From Clostridia bacterium (lineage in GTDB: Bacteria > Bacillota > Clostridia > UBA1212 > DUPL01): a DNA stretch of 64,000 nt. How positions within the stretch are numbered: position 1 is the stretch's first letter; every line of letters starts with the position of its first letter. Below are positions 60,224 to 64,000 of the stretch, in pieces. The notes below the pieces were generated by a model. The model was not told where the DNA came from. It worked only from the letters and a program-made list of their open reading frames with translations, and searched no databases. Location: positions 64,001-128,000 of the forward strand of contig JBMNIW010000006.1 in assembly GCA_050951325.1 (NCBI GenBank), written 5' to 3'. The position numbers and the translations under genes were made by a program.

Positions 60224-60263
60224 AAAAAATGCTCCTCTGCATAACTCAAGAGGAGCTTTTTTA
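60224..60263. terminator. bidirectional intrinsic terminator
   Basis: A run, gctcctct...agaggagc, T run between convergent genes. Confidence 0.75.
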
Positions 60264-60265
60264 TT

Positions 60266-61762
60266 CTAATTCTTTTTTCTTAATACTAGAACAATTGTCA
60301 CTATTCCAGCTACAATCGCCACGGAAGAAATTATAATAATGATTGTATTTGAATCAATTCCCTTGTCGTGTTTTTCATCCTTGGTATTCCCTCCGTTATT
60401 CTCACCATTGTTCTCATCGCCGTTCTCATCATTGTCTCCAACCTCATCCGTTGGCTCAGGCTTCTGCTCAACATAGGACACTACAAGACAGTTCAGCACC
60501 TGCCTTTCAGCACCACCTTTGTCTGCAGGATTGTTTGCAACCTTGTACTCATTCTCATCCAGAACAACTGTCGTGGCAGATCCTCCACCATCAAATATGA
60601 AGGCATCAACAAGGTCCAGATCCTTGACAAGGTCCTTGTAAGAGGCAATTCCCACGCGGCCGCCATCATGCTTACTGGAACCGTATGTACCCATGATTAT
60701 TTTTCCTTCCGAAGTGATTCCAATAAAAGCTGTAGGATAGGAACCACCAGGGGAAACATTTTGAAATCTTCCATTTACAACAAAGGGGATATGTCCACCG
60801 GTCGCAACCTTTGCTCTTCTCCACTCTTCTGTAAATCTTCCGTTTTTGTCCCTTACATCAACCTTTATATTTATCTCATCCCCTATCTGGTAATCGGAGA
60901 TTTTGGATACTCTTGAACCTCTTGCGGTAAGTATGATCTTGTTTGAATTAGCTTCCATAACAGGATTGTCTTTATCTTCAGGTCCGTATATGGCAATAAC
61001 TTTTCCCGTTATATCCGTTCCATGCTTTATGACATAATCCGGCGTAGATGTAATGTCAATAACAACCTCAAAGGCATCATCCAGCGCATAATTGTTGGCA
61101 CACCCTTTGTCAGTATACATGACAAGAGCATTGTTTGCCGGAAGTCTGTTTATTCCATCAGCTTTCGCATTTGTGTTCTTTGTCAAGTTCGTAATATTCA
61201 CAGTTGCAGTAGGATTGGACAAGATAGGAATATTGTCCTCGGTAATTCCGAAACTCCAAAAATCACCTTCAAAAGGAGTTTCCTGCCGCATATGGGATGT
61301 GGATACTATTTCTCCGTCAATAACATTATATCCTCTAGGTAATGCCAAACCCTTCTTCACCACAGGATCGTTGTATCCACCATAGGAGGTTTCGCTGCCC
61401 AATACTCTGGAATGAGCATATGTAACCGTCCAAAGTTCTGCATTTATTGCAGCCAAAGCCTTCTTTCCATCCGTCCCGTTAAACTCCTTTATCATATCAG
61501 AAGTTCTCTTCCATGCATGGGTTATAAAAGGGCTGCCGTAAACATTATCAAAAACTATTCCTTCTTTTGAAAGGTCCACTTCTATCAGGTCAAACTGTAC
61601 GTTGTTGTAATTCTTACCCGCCTTGATTTGAGTATACTTGACTCCGTCAGCAAGCTCCCTTTCAGCTGTGACCCTGTTATTCTCGCCGGTCAACGTATAA
61701 GCAAAAACACTCGAACATCCAACAATAGCGACAATTAATAAAACAACTAGAATTTTTTTCAT
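60266..61762 (-). CDS. phosphodiester glycosidase (NAGPA-like) family surface protein
   Basis: LAAINA, FIFDGGGSAT, NNPAD..ERQVLNCL; signal peptide; D/E/N linker; C-terminal TM plus RKKN. Confidence 0.8.
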   Translation of the reverse strand: MKKILVVLLIVAIVGCSSVFAYTLTGENNRVTAERELADGVKYTQIKAGKNYNNVQFDLIEVDLSKEGIVFDNVYGSPFITHAWKRTSDMIKEFNGTDGKKALAAINAELWTVTYAHSRVLGSETSYGGYNDPVVKKGLALPRGYNVIDGEIVSTSHMRQETPFEGDFWSFGITEDNIPILSNPTATVNITNLTKNTNAKADGINRLPANNALVMYTDKGCANNYALDDAFEVVIDITSTPDYVIKHGTDITGKVIAIYGPEDKDNPVMEANSNKIILTARGSRVSKISDYQIGDEINIKVDVRDKNGRFTEEWRRAKVATGGHIPFVVNGRFQNVSPGGSYPTAFIGITSEGKIIMGTYGSSKHDGGRVGIASYKDLVKDLDLVDAFIFDGGGSATTVVLDENEYKVANNPADKGGAERQVLNCLVVSYVEQKPEPTDEVGDNDENGDENNGENNGGNTKDEKHDKGIDSNTIIIIISSVAIVAGIVTIVLVLRKKN

Positions 61763-61998
61763 GTTTCACCCTCACACATTATATTTTTTTAATTATCTCA
61801 CAAAAATCCTTTCATTACAAGAAATCAAATCTTAATATAAATTCTCCGTCCTCAACATCCCCATCTCATAAAAGCCTTCCACAGACAGAACACAAACAAC
61901 ATTCTACTACTTTTTAGAAAAAATGTTATGATAATTGAAAGATTTGCAGTACTTTTTTTGAAGTATATTAATGGGGGAAGAAAAAAGGAGGATATGGC

Positions 61999-62598
61999 TT
62001 GGATGAACTAATAGTTGACATACTAAAGAAAAACCCACAGAAGGGGTTAAAACTCATTATTGACCAATATACCGGATTAATTTACACAATATGCCATAAC
62101 AAGCTTAAAGGAGTCATGTCTCACGAAGACATAGAGGAATGTGTTAGCGATGTTTTTGTTGATATTTACAAGCAGCGAGATATCATTGATCTTGCCGAAG
62201 GCTCGCTAAGAAGCTATTTGTGTGTCATTGCAAAGCGTAAAGCAATTAATTTATACAACTCGATGTCTTTAAAAAAGAATATTGCTGCAAAAAATGCAAT
62301 ACCTCTGGAGGACGACTTGCTGAACAAAGTGCAAGATGAAAACCTCACCCCCGAAGAGATATACATAGAGTATGAAAACAGAATTGAAGTTGCCAAGGCC
62401 ATAAGAGACTTGGGGGAACCAGACTGCGAGATACTTGTCAGAAAGTATTTCCTAATGGAAAGCTCAAAAAAAATAGCAGAGTGTTTTGGCATGAGTGCCA
62501 ACGCAGTAGATATAAGGGTACATAGAGCTCTTAAGAAACTAAAAACAATGCTTGGAGGAAACGAAAGTGAAAAAAGAGAAACTGTCAAATCTATTTGA
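61999..62598 (+). CDS. ECF-type sigma-70 factor
   Basis: AGGAGG RBS; region 2 EDIEECVSDVF...SLRSYLCVIAKRKAIN; region 4 KKIAECFGMSANAVDIRVHRALKKLK. Confidence 0.92.
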   Translation: MDELIVDILKKNPQKGLKLIIDQYTGLIYTICHNKLKGVMSHEDIEECVSDVFVDIYKQRDIIDLAEGSLRSYLCVIAKRKAINLYNSMSLKKNIAAKNAIPLEDDLLNKVQDENLTPEEIYIEYENRIEVAKAIRDLGEPDCEILVRKYFLMESSKKIAECFGMSANAVDIRVHRALKKLKTMLGGNESEKRETVKSI

Positions 62599-64000
62599 CG
62601 ATCCTACTGTCGAAGAAACTGAAATTCTAGTTACTGATAATATTAAGACTGAGGAATTTGAATCCAGGAAAGGAATCATAACCAAAAAAGTATTGAAACA
62701 GATTCCGTCAGTTAAGAGAGTTTTTGTCGTGAGTAAAAAAGGTGTTTTTGCGGCAGCCGCTACAATAATTGCTCTATTTGTTATCTCACTTACAATAATT
62801 TTAGTCATGGATCGAGATCCAAGTAATGGTACAATAATAAACAACCCAACTCCAACACCATCTATAACAAACCATATTACAACAACACCAAGTGTGATTC
62901 CGACAGCCACAGCGCCATCAACCACAAAGACGCCAGCACCTACAAAAACATCCACTCCAGCACCAGGAACTCCAACTGCAACAGCCGAGCCTACATCAGA
63001 ACCCACTTCCACTCCTAAACCAACACCTTCTCCCACCCCCATACAACCAAGAGAAGGTATTGAAAAAGACTGGCCGGATGATAATTGGGCACCCGCGAGC
63101 GCAACAGTATTTCTGGCAGATTATCCACCAGAATACAGTTATTTTGATAACCGGTTTATGTTTGAGCTTCAAAATATTGTGAGTCAAAAAACAGTATTGG
63201 CTCTGGAGAAATTTTCGTATGGCACTGCATACGAGTTGTTAAAACAAGGAGGGAATGTAAACTACAGTCCATTAAGTCTGTACTTTGCACTGAGCCTGTG
63301 CGCTCAAGGTGCGGAAGGGGAAACTTTTGAGGAACTCATGAATGTGTTGGGCCTGAACAATATGTCAAAAGAGTTCCTGATGGATGAGACAAGGAAATTG
63401 TACAACAGACTTTACATTGATCATGAGTTTGGAAAGTTAAAGATAGCAAACTCGGTCTGGCTGTCCAATCTTAATGGCGTTACCTATAAACAAACCTTTA
63501 TTGACAACGCAAGACAGCATTTCTATGCAACCTTGTTCAGTGTGGATTTTACAGATGAAGATACAAGCAAACTAATGAAAAAATGGATATTTGACAACAC
63601 CGAGGGAACACTTGCACCAGATTTTCCGCATGACCCTACAACCATATTTAAAATAATCAACACAATATATTATAGAAATCAATGGAACGAAGAGTTTGAA
63701 GAAGAAAACAACTATCTCGACAAGTTTTATGGATGCACTGAAACAACAGATATGGAGTTCATGAAAAGAACGGATGTGCAAGCAGAATACTATAAAGGCG
63801 AGGACTATACATGTACAACCCTGAGGGTTAAAGGCGGAAAGATGGTGTTCTTGCTGCCTGATGAAGGAGTCAGTATAGAAGACTTCCTGACCAGTCCGGG
63901 AAAACTGGAAGCAGCAATCAAATCCCCCACTATTTATGCACCACTATTTGATGGGTATATGGTTACTTTGCATTTACCCAAGTTTGGATTTGAAAGCAAA
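62567..64000 (+). CDS. membrane-anchored serpin with anti-sigma-like topology (3' end beyond window)
   Basis: Not in ORF track. GTG at 62567 after GGAGG, open for 478 codons: ~58-aa N-terminal segment, TM (VFAAAATIIALFVISLTIILV), P/T linker, then serpin motifs NVNYSPLSLYFALSLCAQGAEGET, LKIANSVW, WIFDNTEG, IINTIYYRNQWNEEF, MVFLLPD, LHLPKF. Confidence 0.9.
   Translation, partial: MKKEKLSNLFDDPTVEETEILVTDNIKTEEFESRKGIITKKVLKQIPSVKRVFVVSKKGVFAAAATIIALFVISLTIILVMDRDPSNGTIINNPTPTPSITNHITTTPSVIPTATAPSTTKTPAPTKTSTPAPGTPTATAEPTSEPTSTPKPTPSPTPIQPREGIEKDWPDDNWAPASATVFLADYPPEYSYFDNRFMFELQNIVSQKTVLALEKFSYGTAYELLKQGGNVNYSPLSLYFALSLCAQGAEGETFEELMNVLGLNNMSKEFLMDETRKLYNRLYIDHEFGKLKIANSVWLSNLNGVTYKQTFIDNARQHFYATLFSVDFTDEDTSKLMKKWIFDNTEGTLAPDFPHDPTTIFKIINTIYYRNQWNEEFEEENNYLDKFYGCTETTDMEFMKRTDVQAEYYKGEDYTCTTLRVKGGKMVFLLPDEGVSIEDFLTSPGKLEAAIKSPTIYAPLFDGYMVTLHLPKFGFESK

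Noticed and set aside
62846-63045. Short tandem-like repeats here and at ~26620, ~27530, ~39340-39570, ~54280, ~55770, ~57230
   Set aside because: Codon-level repeats of Pro/Thr/Glu linkers inside ORFs; not CRISPR or non-coding repeats. The antisense GVGVG ORFs in the track are their shadows.

Overview
Chromosomal window from a spore-forming Clostridia-class Firmicute (sleB, pdaB-like, PRC-barrel/AI-2E cluster, priA-def-fmt-rlmN-prpC-prkC-rsgA-rpe, thrS-thyA-folA, nagB-glmM). The first ~6.2 kb is an IS graveyard: a decayed IS1182/IS5-like transposase, an intact IS1634-family element with a perfect 74-bp target duplication, and a truncated IS256 fused head-to-head to a tnpB 3' remnant that keeps its right end. 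The rest is housekeeping genes mixed with many Pro/Thr-linker surface proteins, three pairs of them tandem paralogs. I saw no rRNA, tRNA or CRISPR array. Two observations stand out. (1) At the right edge an ECF sigma factor overlaps an ORF missing from the supplied track (62567..>64000) with anti-sigma topology and an extracellular serpin domain, a candidate protease-sensing ECF system. (2) The thrS leader has no visible T-box but carries a tRNA-Thr(UGU) anticodon-like hairpin at about -34, suggesting E. coli-type translational autoregulation in a Firmicute. All family calls come from motif recognition by eye, not database searches. Several start codons were moved to the RBS-supported position.
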